From the IMG/VR virus record IMGVR_UViG_3300035670_000182: a stretch of 64,000 nucleotides of DNA, one strand, 5' to 3'. The notes under the pieces are model-generated. The model was given only the letters and a program-made list of their open reading frames with translations. It did not search any database and was not told the origin of the DNA. Both the position numbers and the translations under genes were made by a program. Origin of the DNA: a virus. The stretch's first letter is position 1. Each line of letters begins with the position of its first letter. Positions 47,685 to 56,649 of this stretch are shown piece after piece.

Positions 47685-47983
47685 AATCTCGCTGTGCTGA
47701 TTGCTTTGTACAAGCGGCTGGAAATGCCGTGCACAAACTCTTCGTCGTTGTTAAGGCGGTGGCGTCCCATGTCGTGAAGTATGGCGTGGATGAGTTCGTG
47801 CCAGAACGTGTCGTGCACTGTGTCCTTGCTGTACTTGCGTCGTGTGACGTTGCTCTTGGTACTGACCTTGATCTTCTGCTTGGGGTAGTTGACCTCCCCC
47901 ATGTGGCCATGCTCTTGCATTGCCTCGACAACCTCGACCGAGTACCACTTGTCGCCTACTTTAATTTTGCGTGGAATATCCAT
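47681..47983 (-). CDS. small HExxH-motif protein
   Basis: 100 aa. FWHELIHAILHDMG. Putative zinc-binding or metallopeptidase-like. Confidence 0.4.
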   Translation of the reverse strand: MDIPRKIKVGDKWYSVEVVEAMQEHGHMGEVNYPKQKIKVSTKSNVTRRKYSKDTVHDTFWHELIHAILHDMGRHRLNNDEEFVHGISSRLYKAISTARF

Positions 47984-47991
47984 GCTTCTCC

Positions 47992-50058
47992 TTAGTTTTT
48001 GGCCATGCCATATCGACGGTGATGGCCACCGTCAGCCGCCAGAGGAATCCCCGGCATGTACTTTGGCTCAACTGTCATTTGTGACAGCATCCAGTCGTAC
48101 GCTTCTTTTGCTTCGCTCTTAGGGGCGATTGCAATTTGCTCGTCATGCACTGTCCCTGCCACGAAGTACCGTTTAGAGGTACGTAGCATGCCGTCAGTCA
48201 TGACACAACGCGCAACACCTTGTGTTACGTTGTTAGTTACCTTTCCGGCGTAGAGCTTTGTAGCGTCTTCACCGTACACCCAGTTCATGATTACGTTGCC
48301 GTGGCGGTCACGTACTGGCTTCTTGGTTTCTTTGTTAATTTCAGGTTCGCGGCGGAGATCAGGATACAACAAACTCATGCCCGAAGGCAAGATGATCTCG
48401 CCCTTTTTGAACAAGACGCAACCTTTATGGTTATATTCTCTGCCGTCGTACAGACTGCTTTGAATCAGGTTGCCAAACAAGTCCCACATGTCCGTCACAG
48501 GGGCGGCGGTTGCGCGGTAGATGTCGATGATCTTCTTGGACGCCACGCAGTGAATGACCAACTCTTCAGTGGAGCAGACGTGCGCGATCTCTTCCATTTT
48601 CTTTATGTTGTCTGGCCAGTCGAGAAACTTCTGCACATACGCTGGGGTCACGCCCAGTTTTTTCGCAAACGCTTTGTCATACCGAACTGGGGGCGCACCG
48701 AGGAAGCCAACAAGTAACTGCGCCGCGAACGACGCCCAGCCCAAACCATACCCGCACCCCAAGAGCGCAGATTTAGCAGACTGCCGTAAATCCGGGTGCG
48801 ACTCTTTAGTGAGGCCGGGTATGTTGAACATCTGACTGCCGAATGCGGCATAAGCGTCAGCACCTGAGCGGAAGACGTCGAGGAGATCTTCATAGTCCGA
48901 AAGCCACGCGAGTACTCGCGGCTCAATTTGCGAGAGATCGCCCACGATGAGTTCGTACCCTTCGGGAGCCATAATCGCTTTGCGCAGGAAGCTGCCTCGC
49001 TTGAGGTTTTGCATGTTGATGGCCGAGCCTTTGCTCGCTGTCCAACGGCCAGTAGACGCGCCGTAATAAGAAAGCGGAACCGGTAGTGCCCCTCTGCGCG
49101 AGATGTCAAGGAACCGTTGGGCGCGAGTTCGCTCCGTCGTAGACTTAACCCGAAGGCGAGCCTCACAAAGAGAGGCAACGTCATCACGTTCACCATTGAG
49201 CAACGCTTGGAAGAGGGCGTCATTCTTCGCAAGCGCGAGTGTTTCGCGCCCGGTAGTTTTACTTGTTTTACGCGGGGCAGGAACCCCGAGGCGCTCAAGT
49301 ACGGCAGCAAACTTTGGGTTCGACGCGAGGTCAGCTTCTTCCACGTTAAGCTTCGTAAGTAGGGTTTCACGTTTGGTTCTTTCATCAACGATAGCGTCGC
49401 GCAGCATGTCACTGTCCAGTTCCAACTGCGGTAGCGTGTACATCTTGAGCGTCATGTCGATCAGACGCAACTCTTTCTTCGGGTACACCCATTGGTCAGG
49501 CGTATCAACGTCGTACTCACCCGCTTCGTATGGCGTGTGATCGAACTGCACAAGCTTGTTAAACACACGCTCACACAAGAACACGTCGTGCTTGCAGTAC
49601 TCGGCCAGCTCTTTCTCCATCACCGCACCCAGCTTGCGCACGCCGTTGGTGCTATGCACTGCTTTGCCCTTGGCTGGTAGATTGTAGTGCTCGGCCAGCT
49701 TCATCAGGCTGTTGCCTACTTCGACCCCCCGCAAGGCGCGAGCCATACTAAGAGAATCAAAAACAAAACAGGGGTGCCAATCGTAAATCCAGCTAAGGAT
49801 AGAAACATCAAACTGTGCATTGTGTGCGAGTACCGCCGTAGTTTCCTGCGGGTAGCAACTGAGAATGCGCGGTAGTTCACTTGCGCGATACCACTGCGTA
49901 ATCTTGTCACTGCCGTACTCATGAATGCAAGCGCCGAACGCTTTGAACTTTTCGTCACGAATATACTCCTCGGTGGTCATCTTCGACAACGTGTACTCTT
50001 TGCTGTCCCAAAAAGTTTCGAAGTCGATTGTTATAAGTTGTTTGAATGGTGCTTTCAT
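47992..50058 (-). CDS. DNA polymerase I family (3'-5' exo + polymerase)
   Basis: Exo I ITIDFETF. Pol motif A VGDLSQIEPRVLAWL. Motif B RQSAKSALLGCGYGLG. Motif C VAGTVHDEQ. Start placed at internal ATG 50058 (MKAPFKQL...). Confidence 0.85.
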   Translation of the reverse strand: MKAPFKQLITIDFETFWDSKEYTLSKMTTEEYIRDEKFKAFGACIHEYGSDKITQWYRASELPRILSCYPQETTAVLAHNAQFDVSILSWIYDWHPCFVFDSLSMARALRGVEVGNSLMKLAEHYNLPAKGKAVHSTNGVRKLGAVMEKELAEYCKHDVFLCERVFNKLVQFDHTPYEAGEYDVDTPDQWVYPKKELRLIDMTLKMYTLPQLELDSDMLRDAIVDERTKRETLLTKLNVEEADLASNPKFAAVLERLGVPAPRKTSKTTGRETLALAKNDALFQALLNGERDDVASLCEARLRVKSTTERTRAQRFLDISRRGALPVPLSYYGASTGRWTASKGSAINMQNLKRGSFLRKAIMAPEGYELIVGDLSQIEPRVLAWLSDYEDLLDVFRSGADAYAAFGSQMFNIPGLTKESHPDLRQSAKSALLGCGYGLGWASFAAQLLVGFLGAPPVRYDKAFAKKLGVTPAYVQKFLDWPDNIKKMEEIAHVCSTEELVIHCVASKKIIDIYRATAAPVTDMWDLFGNLIQSSLYDGREYNHKGCVLFKKGEIILPSGMSLLYPDLRREPEINKETKKPVRDRHGNVIMNWVYGEDATKLYAGKVTNNVTQGVARCVMTDGMLRTSKRYFVAGTVHDEQIAIAPKSEAKEAYDWMLSQMTVEPKYMPGIPLAADGGHHRRYGMAKN

Positions 50059-50297
50059 GGTGTGCCTCGTGCGCGAATCTTCTCGCCGATAACTTTTGAT
50101 GGGTGTGGGTATGCTTCGACCCACTCGTCCGCTACCTTTGCGCACGCCTCACGCTCAAGCGCAACCATTTCGCCTACTAGCTTCATCACCCACGCAGGCA
50201 CGGGACGGTGCGCGGCAAGACGAAGAACGTCTTTGGTGAAGTGTTGTGCCCCGAACGGGCACGAGGGGTCAAGCCCCTCGCATGCGCATTTACTCAA
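50055..50297 (-). CDS. hypothetical Cys-rich protein
   Basis: 80-aa ORF, ATGA-coupled to the polymerase. Confidence 0.35.
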   Translation of the reverse strand: MSKCACEGLDPSCPFGAQHFTKDVLRLAAHRPVPAWVMKLVGEMVALEREACAKVADEWVEAYPHPSKVIGEKIRARGTP

Positions 50298-50596
50298 TTC
50301 ATCATCTCCTTGGGTGGTGCGTCGTCCATTTGGTGCTCAAGCAAGTGTTCGAGCAAGCGTTGCAACATCGACGTGGCTTCCATCTCGTTGCTGTTGACCG
50401 TCACAAGAGCGAGGCTATCTACTCGGTCGGAGTCAAACACGCACACTGCCCGGCGCGATGGGTCTGTGTAGCAAACAATCAGCAGCTCCACCAGCATGCG
50501 CATGTGATCGCGCTTCTCTTGGCTAAGTCCGGCGATGGATTCCATGAACTTAGCGGCGTCGGGGGTCAGTTCAAATTCTTTCTTTACGGTGTCCAT
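50294..50596 (-). CDS. hypothetical protein
   Basis: 100-aa ORF. Confidence 0.35.
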   Translation of the reverse strand: MDTVKKEFELTPDAAKFMESIAGLSQEKRDHMRMLVELLIVCYTDPSRRAVCVFDSDRVDSLALVTVNSNEMEATSMLQRLLEHLLEHQMDDAPPKEMMN

Positions 50597-50889
50597 TTCA
50601 ATAATTCCTCTAGGTTGTGCATGTTGCTTTCGTTGATGACAAAGGCCAAGCCCTTGGCTTCTTGTATGCGTTGAATCTCGCGGTCTTGCAAGGCAGTCGT
50701 CTTGCCGTTGCCAGCCTTACATTCAATCGCGAGGAAGCGCCCCTCGTAACAGCAAATAATGTCAGGTATGCCAGCACGCCCCATGCCGTTTTGCATGGGC
50801 GAGAAGTGGTAGATACCCATAACGTCAAGTTTTTTCTTGACGAACGCTTTTACTTTTCCTTCGGGGGTCATGGCCATGTGGTTCTCCAA
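50584..50889 (-). CDS. VRR-NUC domain nuclease
   Basis: GIPDIICCYEGRFLAIECKAG PD-(D/E)XK core typical of VRR-NUC. Confidence 0.6.
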   Translation of the reverse strand: MENHMAMTPEGKVKAFVKKKLDVMGIYHFSPMQNGMGRAGIPDIICCYEGRFLAIECKAGNGKTTALQDREIQRIQEAKGLAFVINESNMHNLEELLKWTP

Positions 50890-51036
50890 GTTAAGGGTGA
50901 GGGGGCTAGTAGATTCCGCGCCCCCTCGTCGCGGTTTGAAAGGGCAGGTACCTGAAAAACTCGTGCCTGAACACGGCTGGGGCAGATACCTACTCGGGCG
51001 CTACTTGCATCTACAAGGCGCATAGAACCCGATCAT

Positions 51037-51291
51037 TTACACCCCCAGCTTAGATTCCTTTGGGTAGCGTTGGTCCATCTCGATCAACAGATCGACTTCG
51101 TGTTTGATCTTGAGCAAGTCTTCGTAGCCGTTCTTGTCACGCCAGCGTGTGATGCGCTTGACGATACAGCCTTCAAGGAACGAGAGGCCGTTGGCCTCGA
51201 TGTACTCAACCGGCTGAATAGCGCGGTTCTTATAGTGGCCGCCGCCGACTTGGACGTCGAGGGGGCTTGACGTGTTGGTAGTGCTTACCAT
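51037..51291 (-). CDS. DUF3310-family phage protein
   Basis: GGGHYKN..IQPVEYIEANGL.FLEGCIVKRITRWR...DLLKIKHEVDLLIE matches the DUF3310 pattern (from memory). Confidence 0.55.
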   Translation of the reverse strand: MVSTTNTSSPLDVQVGGGHYKNRAIQPVEYIEANGLSFLEGCIVKRITRWRDKNGYEDLLKIKHEVDLLIEMDQRYPKESKLGV

Positions 51292-51307
51292 AGCGCTTCT
51301 CCTGTGT

Positions 51308-51721
51308 TCATGATCTTTTCTCGGTGGATTTTGTAGATGATTTTGGGGTCAGCGCGATCGAAGGGCCACCATTCGCCGCGCTCAATTTTCTCTTTGATGG
51401 TACACCCATTTGCCTCGCTATGGTGCTGACCATGTTGGGACTGAGGTTGAAGTCGATCGCGATCGTCAGGTGCTTCTCCCCTGTGAGCAGGCGCTCTTTT
51501 ATCTGCGCGTTTCGTTGCGTGCGTATCCGCACCTTTTCTACTGCGTGCTGATGTGCTGGTATGTACTTTCGTATTGTTCCCCATAACGCGTCTCCTAGTT
51601 CGTAGGTGTTGAACTTGTGCCCGCACGACAGGCACGCACGGCGTCGCTTATTTACAACGTCGGAGTACATGTCGCGGGTATCAAGCACTGAGGTATGGCC
51701 GTTACACTTCGGGCACTTCAT
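51308..51721 (-). CDS. zinc-ribbon + HTH regulator (NrdR-like N-terminus); possible frameshift
   Basis: MKCPKCNGHT..RRRACLSCGHKF zinc ribbon. HTH-like IAIDFNLSPNMVSTIARQMG. C-terminal 35 aa are low-complexity. The overlapping frame 51285..51635 carries a more protein-like C-terminus that couples to the downstream gene. Confidence 0.45.
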   Translation of the reverse strand: MKCPKCNGHTSVLDTRDMYSDVVNKRRRACLSCGHKFNTYELGDALWGTIRKYIPAHQHAVEKVRIRTQRNAQIKERLLTGEKHLTIAIDFNLSPNMVSTIARQMGVPSKRKLSAANGGPSIALTPKSSTKSTEKRS

Positions 51722-51908
51722 CGCGGGCCTTCAACAGTTCGTCAGCGTACCAATAGGGCGAAGACCCGTTAAAGACGCCGCCGTGTGCGAGCATCCCCAT
51801 CATGGCGAACATGGCCGCCAAGTCACGCATGGTCATTTCGTCGAGCGGTATATCTTTTGTTTCACTAACCATTCGGTCTCTCCGTAAAAATTTTGCCGCA
51901 TAAATCAC
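51702..51908 (-). CDS. hypothetical protein
   Basis: 68-aa ORF. Confidence 0.3.
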   Translation of the reverse strand: MIYAAKFLRRDRMVSETKDIPLDEMTMRDLAAMFAMMGMLAHGGVFNGSSPYWYADELLKARDEVPEV

Positions 51909-51910
51909 AG

Positions 51911-51947
51911 CGAAAAAGAACTGACACCCGTCGTTTGACTGTCAGTT
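51911..51947 (-). terminator. stem-loop terminator containing TGACACCCGTC motif
   Basis: GAACTGACA...TGTCAGTTC 9-bp stem followed by UUUUU on the minus transcript. Confidence 0.45.
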
Positions 51948-52028
51948 CACGAACCCCGCCCACAGTGGTCGTCCAGCGGGGGTATCCGGTATAGGCTGGA
52001 ATTGCCGTAACCTTCGTATGGGCGCAAG

Positions 52029-52409
52029 TCATAGCCGGTCAGCGTAGGCTTGCAGTAGCTCTTGCGAGATGGACTGGATGGCGTAGGCTTCTTGCTCACG
52101 CCCGGGCGTGTGCTCACCTATGCCGTCCGCGTAGCGTTGCCAGACATGTACCGCCTCATGTACAAGTAGCCCTGCTATCTCTACCGCCTTGTGGTGCGGC
52201 TTGACGCGAAGGCACACGATGCACGCGAGTTGCCCCTTGTCGTTCTCTAGGCGGTGCGTGGTGGCGTCAGCTACATCAGAGCTTATCCACTCGTCCGTAG
52301 GCTTGACGCCCATGTCCTTAAACGCTCGGAAGTACTCGTCTTCACTCAGGCACAGCGTAAGGTACGGGCCGGGGTAGGCGATGCGCCGGTCTAGCCACTT
52401 AACTTTCAC
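52029..52409 (-). CDS. HExxH-motif protein (SprT-like?)
   Basis: 126 aa. LLVHEAVHVWQ. Confidence 0.4.
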   Translation of the reverse strand: MKVKWLDRRIAYPGPYLTLCLSEDEYFRAFKDMGVKPTDEWISSDVADATTHRLENDKGQLACIVCLRVKPHHKAVEIAGLLVHEAVHVWQRYADGIGEHTPGREQEAYAIQSISQELLQAYADRL

Positions 52410-52746
52410 TTGGCGGCTCCTTCATACCACGCGCCTTAGCCAGCACGAGGTCTACTTGTTGCTGAATGCTTGGCTCGGGCCAAGGCGGCACGCTGGTGCT
52501 CCACTTCATATGCACCTCACGCATGGCTTTGCTACCGGTTTGGTTGCGCACGTTGTGCTTGGTGTACTCGCGCTCAATCAAAGCAAACGCTTCGAGCCGC
52601 ACTTTGGTCGGCACGTAGTTCAAGTAATCGAGCGTCTTGGTCACATCGCGCACAGTAACGGCGCTCACATCGTGGGCCATGATGTAATAGAGCAACCGCA
52701 AGATCACCCAGTCTTTGGCTTTGAGATCGTCTGTCGATTCGATCAT
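52399..52746 (-). CDS. hypothetical protein
   Basis: 115-aa ORF. Confidence 0.35.
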   Translation of the reverse strand: MIESTDDLKAKDWVILRLLYYIMAHDVSAVTVRDVTKTLDYLNYVPTKVRLEAFALIEREYTKHNVRNQTGSKAMREVHMKWSTSVPPWPEPSIQQQVDLVLAKARGMKEPPSES

Positions 52747-53006
52747 TTCTTCACCTCTGCTTTTGCGTATACAAAAAAATCCTTGGGGCGTAGGTCACGC
52801 TTGGTCTCGCTAATAGGCGCGGTATTCGCGGTTTGTATAGCGTTGCGCTTGATCTCTTTCCAAGGGTCGTTACCGTGGCGCTTTTGCCAGTCCATGTAGG
52901 CCTTGTAGTCGAAGGGGCTTGGGCACACATCGGTCAAGGGTTTCAAGACAAAGCAATTACGCTCGTGGTCATACACTGTTAGGCTCATCGGGTTCCTTTG
53001 GTTCAT
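52743..53006 (-). CDS. hypothetical protein
   Basis: 87-aa ORF. Confidence 0.35.
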   Translation of the reverse strand: MNQRNPMSLTVYDHERNCFVLKPLTDVCPSPFDYKAYMDWQKRHGNDPWKEIKRNAIQTANTAPISETKRDLRPKDFFVYAKAEVKK

Positions 53007-53178
53007 CAGCGGCCCACATCCGAACGTGGAAGTATTGGCCGTAGCTCTTGCGCTCGGCTTCGGGGTAGCCGCACTTGACTATCCACTCCACCATGTCGCC
53101 GTCTGTTGCGGGGTCATATATTTTAGGGAACCCGTACTTCCATCCGCTAGGCGGGTCAACCCATACTTTGTTGGTCAT
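52969..53178 (-). CDS. hypothetical protein
   Basis: 69-aa ORF. Confidence 0.35.
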   Translation of the reverse strand: MTNKVWVDPPSGWKYGFPKIYDPATDGDMVEWIVKCGYPEAERKSYGQYFHVRMWAADEPKEPDEPNSV

Positions 53179-53489
53179 GTGTTCTTCTCCTTGAGTTTGG
53201 CTTCGATTGCTCGGGCAATGCTTCGATACAGGGTTTTGTTGGTTTCATGATATGTAGCAATGGCAGGGAATGCCGCTTCGAGATCCTCGTCCGTCAGCCC
53301 AACCCATCTCATCAACGACCTATTGCCGTGAGTGTTCTTGCACATGGCACACACAGGCTCTTTTTCACGCTTAAATGGGTGAAGCAACTCTTCCATTTTT
53401 TGCTCGTCACGCCGTTGTTGGTAAATTCCAAACCCCATATCTTCAGCTTCGTCGTGTCTCATGAATGTTTCTCCTTCCGTGGCGAACAA
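53175..53489 (-). CDS. hypothetical protein
   Basis: 104 aa. C-terminal ...KLKEKNT, paralogous to the end of 53626..53991. Confidence 0.35.
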   Translation of the reverse strand: MFATEGETFMRHDEAEDMGFGIYQQRRDEQKMEELLHPFKREKEPVCAMCKNTHGNRSLMRWVGLTDEDLEAAFPAIATYHETNKTLYRSIARAIEAKLKEKNT

Positions 53490-53626
53490 ACAGCATGGCC
53501 TTTTCCAATTTGAGACAAAATGCTTTCTCTTGCCCTATAACAATCTTCTTGGGTTTTGTATTCGTATTCCCGTTGCATATGACAAATGGCAAACGACATC
53601 CCAAAACACACAGAAAGAACCCAAGT
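53459..53626 (-). CDS. small Cys-containing protein
   Basis: About 55 aa from the ATGA-coupled internal start MTWVLS... Confidence 0.25.
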   Translation of the reverse strand, partial: TWVLSVCFGMSFAICHMQREYEYKTQEDCYRARESILSQIGKGHAVCSPRKEKHS

Positions 53627-53991
53627 CATGTGTTCTTCTCCTTGAGTCGTTTCTCTGCCCAATCCATGGCGTCCAATCGGTTGCCGCCAAAGTCTTGGTT
53701 TATGAAGTCAACCTTGTCCTTGTCGGTTAGGCCTTGCCATTCACGCTTTGGCTGTGGGTGGGTGTAGACGGAATATTCTCCATCTGGCAATCCATTGAGT
53801 TTGACATTACGAAATACATGAACACCGTGGGCATGATTAAGAATAGCCACCGGCTCCTGCTTCTCTGCCTCTGCGATGGCTTGGCATAGGGATGTGATGG
53901 CATGATGAATTAATTCATCTTCGTCTTGACTTGTTTCGGTATGAATGTACGTCAACGCCTCAAGCGCCTGTTTCATTGCTTCTATGGTCAT
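53626..53991 (-). CDS. hypothetical protein
   Basis: 121 aa. Ends ...KRLKEKNT. Confidence 0.35.
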   Translation of the reverse strand: MTIEAMKQALEALTYIHTETSQDEDELIHHAITSLCQAIAEAEKQEPVAILNHAHGVHVFRNVKLNGLPDGEYSVYTHPQPKREWQGLTDKDKVDFINQDFGGNRLDAMDWAEKRLKEKNT

Positions 53992-54167
53992 GTGTTTTTC
54001 TCCTCTTTAAAGTCTTGTTCAGTTTGTAGCTTGGTGAGAAGCCACTTTACACCGTTGATAGTGTGAACGCCTTCGGTTAGCGCCACCACCTCAACACCTT
54101 CTTCGCCATCACGGCTGTCGTAGCATGCACAGCCACGCTCGTAACATGCCTTGTCCATAATGGTCAT
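53988..54167 (-). CDS. small Cys-rich protein (59 aa)
   Basis: MTIMDKACYERGCACYD... ATGA-coupled. Not in the ORF track. Confidence 0.25.
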   Translation of the reverse strand: MTIMDKACYERGCACYDSRDGEEGVEVVALTEGVHTINGVKWLLTKLQTEQDFKEEKNT

Positions 54168-54168
54168 A

Positions 54169-54357
54169 TCAATCCCCTATCAAACTTTGCCAGTAATGCA
54201 GCTTCGTCATTTCCAACACGCCCATCACCGTTGCAGTGGTCATGTGGTCGTACTTGGGGTCGTTAATCACCTCACGCAGTTCGTCCATCAAGTCCTGCCC
54301 CATTGCTTTTTGGTCTGACGAAGGGATGACGCTTAGCTTCGGTCTCTTGTTGCTCAT
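54169..54357 (-). CDS. hypothetical protein
   Basis: 62-aa ORF. Confidence 0.3.
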   Translation of the reverse strand: MSNKRPKLSVIPSSDQKAMGQDLMDELREVINDPKYDHMTTATVMGVLEMTKLHYWQSLIGD

Positions 54358-54563
54358 AGCCCGAACTCCCCATCAAAGCGCAAGCGCAGGTACAGCATTG
54401 CACCGAACACTGTTGCGCAGATAGCGATGAAGATGCGGTCATCTTTTGGCCAGACCGTCAGGTCAAAGCTCGCGTTGATAAGACTGCCCAACAAGTAACA
54501 ACCCAACGCCGCAACGGCGAAGGGCAACACGCTGAGCGCACAGATACGGATAGCTGGAATCAT
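54354..54563 (-). CDS. small membrane protein
   Basis: 69 aa, two hydrophobic helices. Confidence 0.4.
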   Translation of the reverse strand: MIPAIRICALSVLPFAVAALGCYLLGSLINASFDLTVWPKDDRIFIAICATVFGAMLYLRLRFDGEFGL

Positions 54564-54579
54564 GTGTTGCCTCCTTGGT

Positions 54580-55422
54580 TTACTTGCCTACATGCACGAA
54601 CGGTGTGGTCGAGCCGGGCACCATAGTCGAGGGCAACTTGCCGTCCCACTTCTCGATAGCCTTCAACTCCACATACTCACGCCCGCCTTGCGCTGATACA
54701 GCGGCGGCTTTGATGCGGATGGCATCGGCCAGACCCTGCGCTTCAACTCGTTGACGATCTGCCTCAGCTTTTGCGAGTTCGACTTCTTTTTGTTTGGCGT
54801 TGATTTGGAATTGTCTGTTGGCGGCTTCCTTGATGGCTTGTTCGAGTGCTGGGTCTGTGACCAGATTGCGCACGTTGGCCGAGCGAACGAAAAACCAACC
54901 CTTCCCTGCGCTTTCGTCTAAGTCATCTTGCAACTGCTTGACTACCTTGGCGGCGATAGCTGTGCGCTCAGTGTGAACCGTGGCCGAGCCGTAGGTAGAG
55001 ATCGTGTTGTAGATAGCCTCGCGTGCTTGACGCTTGACATAGTTCATACCGATGCGGTTGCCGTCCTCGCCTTTCTCGTGCGTCACATCCCCCGGCCAGC
55101 GCGTCATGATGTCAGCGGCTTTAGCTGGGTCGATCTGCACATAGACGTCCACGTCCAAGTCAGCCAGCGTGATCTTGTCGTTTGTCTGCGGCTTCATGTC
55201 ATCGAACTGCAACAGCAACTCTTTGGCCGACACCTCAGTCACACGCTTGAACACGGTGAAGTAAACGCCGGGCGGTAGGGTCTCGTGCTTGACTTGGCCA
55301 AGCGTTGACTCCACGCCGATGTTGCCTGTGTCAATTTGTGAGCATGCAGTGAGCGATGCGGCGGCGATTGCGATAAGAATGTTTTTCATGTGTATGTCCT
55401 TAGAAAAGTTTGCCTGAACCAA
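54580..55422 (-). CDS. SPFH/band-7 (prohibitin-like) lipoprotein
   Basis: 280 aa. Signal peptide with lipobox LTAC. SPFH-like body. C-terminal coiled coil (KQKEVELAKAEADRQRVEAQ). Confidence 0.55.
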   Translation of the reverse strand: MVQANFSKDIHMKNILIAIAAASLTACSQIDTGNIGVESTLGQVKHETLPPGVYFTVFKRVTEVSAKELLLQFDDMKPQTNDKITLADLDVDVYVQIDPAKAADIMTRWPGDVTHEKGEDGNRIGMNYVKRQAREAIYNTISTYGSATVHTERTAIAAKVVKQLQDDLDESAGKGWFFVRSANVRNLVTDPALEQAIKEAANRQFQINAKQKEVELAKAEADRQRVEAQGLADAIRIKAAAVSAQGGREYVELKAIEKWDGKLPSTMVPGSTTPFVHVGK

Positions 55423-55627
55423 AAGTTGCTTGCAGGGAAAAGCCCAGCAAGATTCCGAACATCAGTAAGAGCGCATTAAACAAATGTGTCTTTCTGAATC
55501 TGCGTACCGTGTTCTTCACATCTTCGGGCAGGTAGTACCACCCGAAGTAGCAAGCGAACACAAGTATGGTGAGAAGCGCGATGTGTTTCATACGGCGCTC
55601 CAAAAGTAGAAACAAATACATGCCCAT
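55400..55627 (-). CDS. small membrane protein
   Basis: 75 aa, 2 TM. Confidence 0.4.
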   Translation of the reverse strand: MGMYLFLLLERRMKHIALLTILVFACYFGWYYLPEDVKNTVRRFRKTHLFNALLLMFGILLGFSLQATFGSGKLF

Positions 55628-55824
55628 GCAACAAGGCCTACGATAAACAACGCCTTGTCTTGCCAGCGTTGCTCAGGTGGGTACCACCACTTTGCGTTTT
55701 CGGCGTCGTCAGGGAATGCGTCGAGCATGGTGCGTGGGTAGCACCGTGTCGTAGGCCAACCGTAGTTGTCTGTCATCTCAACCCCCGAACATCGCTTTGA
55801 GCGCTTCGTACAAGCGGCGTGCAT
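55588..55824 (-). CDS. small membrane protein
   Basis: 78 aa. C-terminal TM, Trp-rich. Confidence 0.4.
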   Translation of the reverse strand: MHAACTKRSKRCSGVEMTDNYGWPTTRCYPRTMLDAFPDDAENAKWWYPPEQRWQDKALFIVGLVAWACICFYFWSAV

Positions 55825-56590
55825 CCACCACGTTCATCGTGCGAAGGATGTTATCGGGATCGAACCCGCCTTCACGCGCAACAACAGGGCTACTAATAAC
55901 AGGGCTACTAGCGACAGGCAACGCGGCAAGACCTGCTGGCGCTTCTTCACGCTTGCGGCGTGTGATGTTAATGATACGCTTGGCTGTTGGCTCAGGTGCT
56001 TTGACAACTGCTTGTGCCTTAGCTTTACGGCGTGCGGTGGCGATGCTGAATGACTTGAACTCATTTGCTACACAGTAAACGCGGCGTTTGTCGTCTTTGC
56101 GGCACAGACCAACGAACACCAGCTGAGACACGATAGAAGCGACTGAGCTGGCTCTAAAGCCTTGCTTCACTAGCGCAGCGGTGACGTCTGCGGCAGTCAA
56201 GCCGGGGTTATTCTTCACGTAGTCAAAAGTAACGCGTGTGACGTTGTTTGTGATACCAAATTTTTTCTTCATAGACTCTTTCGGTTGTGTTGATTGTTGA
56301 TCGTCTTTGTCCCACTCATCGAGTGTGTTCTTGAGGGATTCGTGCTTTGCTTGCACGTTATTTTTATCAAGCGCAGTGCGCAGTGCTGTGTTGAAGTCAG
56401 GCATAGAAGTTTCTCCTTTCAGTAATGACTTTGCCTTTTCCATGAGTGCCTTAGCTTCGATTGCTCCCGCGCTAAGAGGTGCGGTTGGATTGCGTAGTGC
56501 TTCGCCGTGAAGGGCGCGCTCAAGCCTCTCTGGTGCAAGAGGCTTGGTGTTGAGGTCGGGGAAGTGACGTTGGTATCCACGTTTGTACAT
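55778..56590 (-). CDS. hypothetical protein (possible winged-helix DNA-binding)
   Basis: 270 aa. Central wHTH-like segment. Basic C-terminal half. Confidence 0.4.
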   Translation of the reverse strand: MYKRGYQRHFPDLNTKPLAPERLERALHGEALRNPTAPLSAGAIEAKALMEKAKSLLKGETSMPDFNTALRTALDKNNVQAKHESLKNTLDEWDKDDQQSTQPKESMKKKFGITNNVTRVTFDYVKNNPGLTAADVTAALVKQGFRASSVASIVSQLVFVGLCRKDDKRRVYCVANEFKSFSIATARRKAKAQAVVKAPEPTAKRIINITRRKREEAPAGLAALPVASSPVISSPVVAREGGFDPDNILRTMNVVDARRLYEALKAMFGG

Positions 56591-56649
56591 TGCTCTCTCC
56601 TTTCGCAGAGTGTCGTCGAATGTATGGGTGTTGTCAAGTGCTAGACAAG

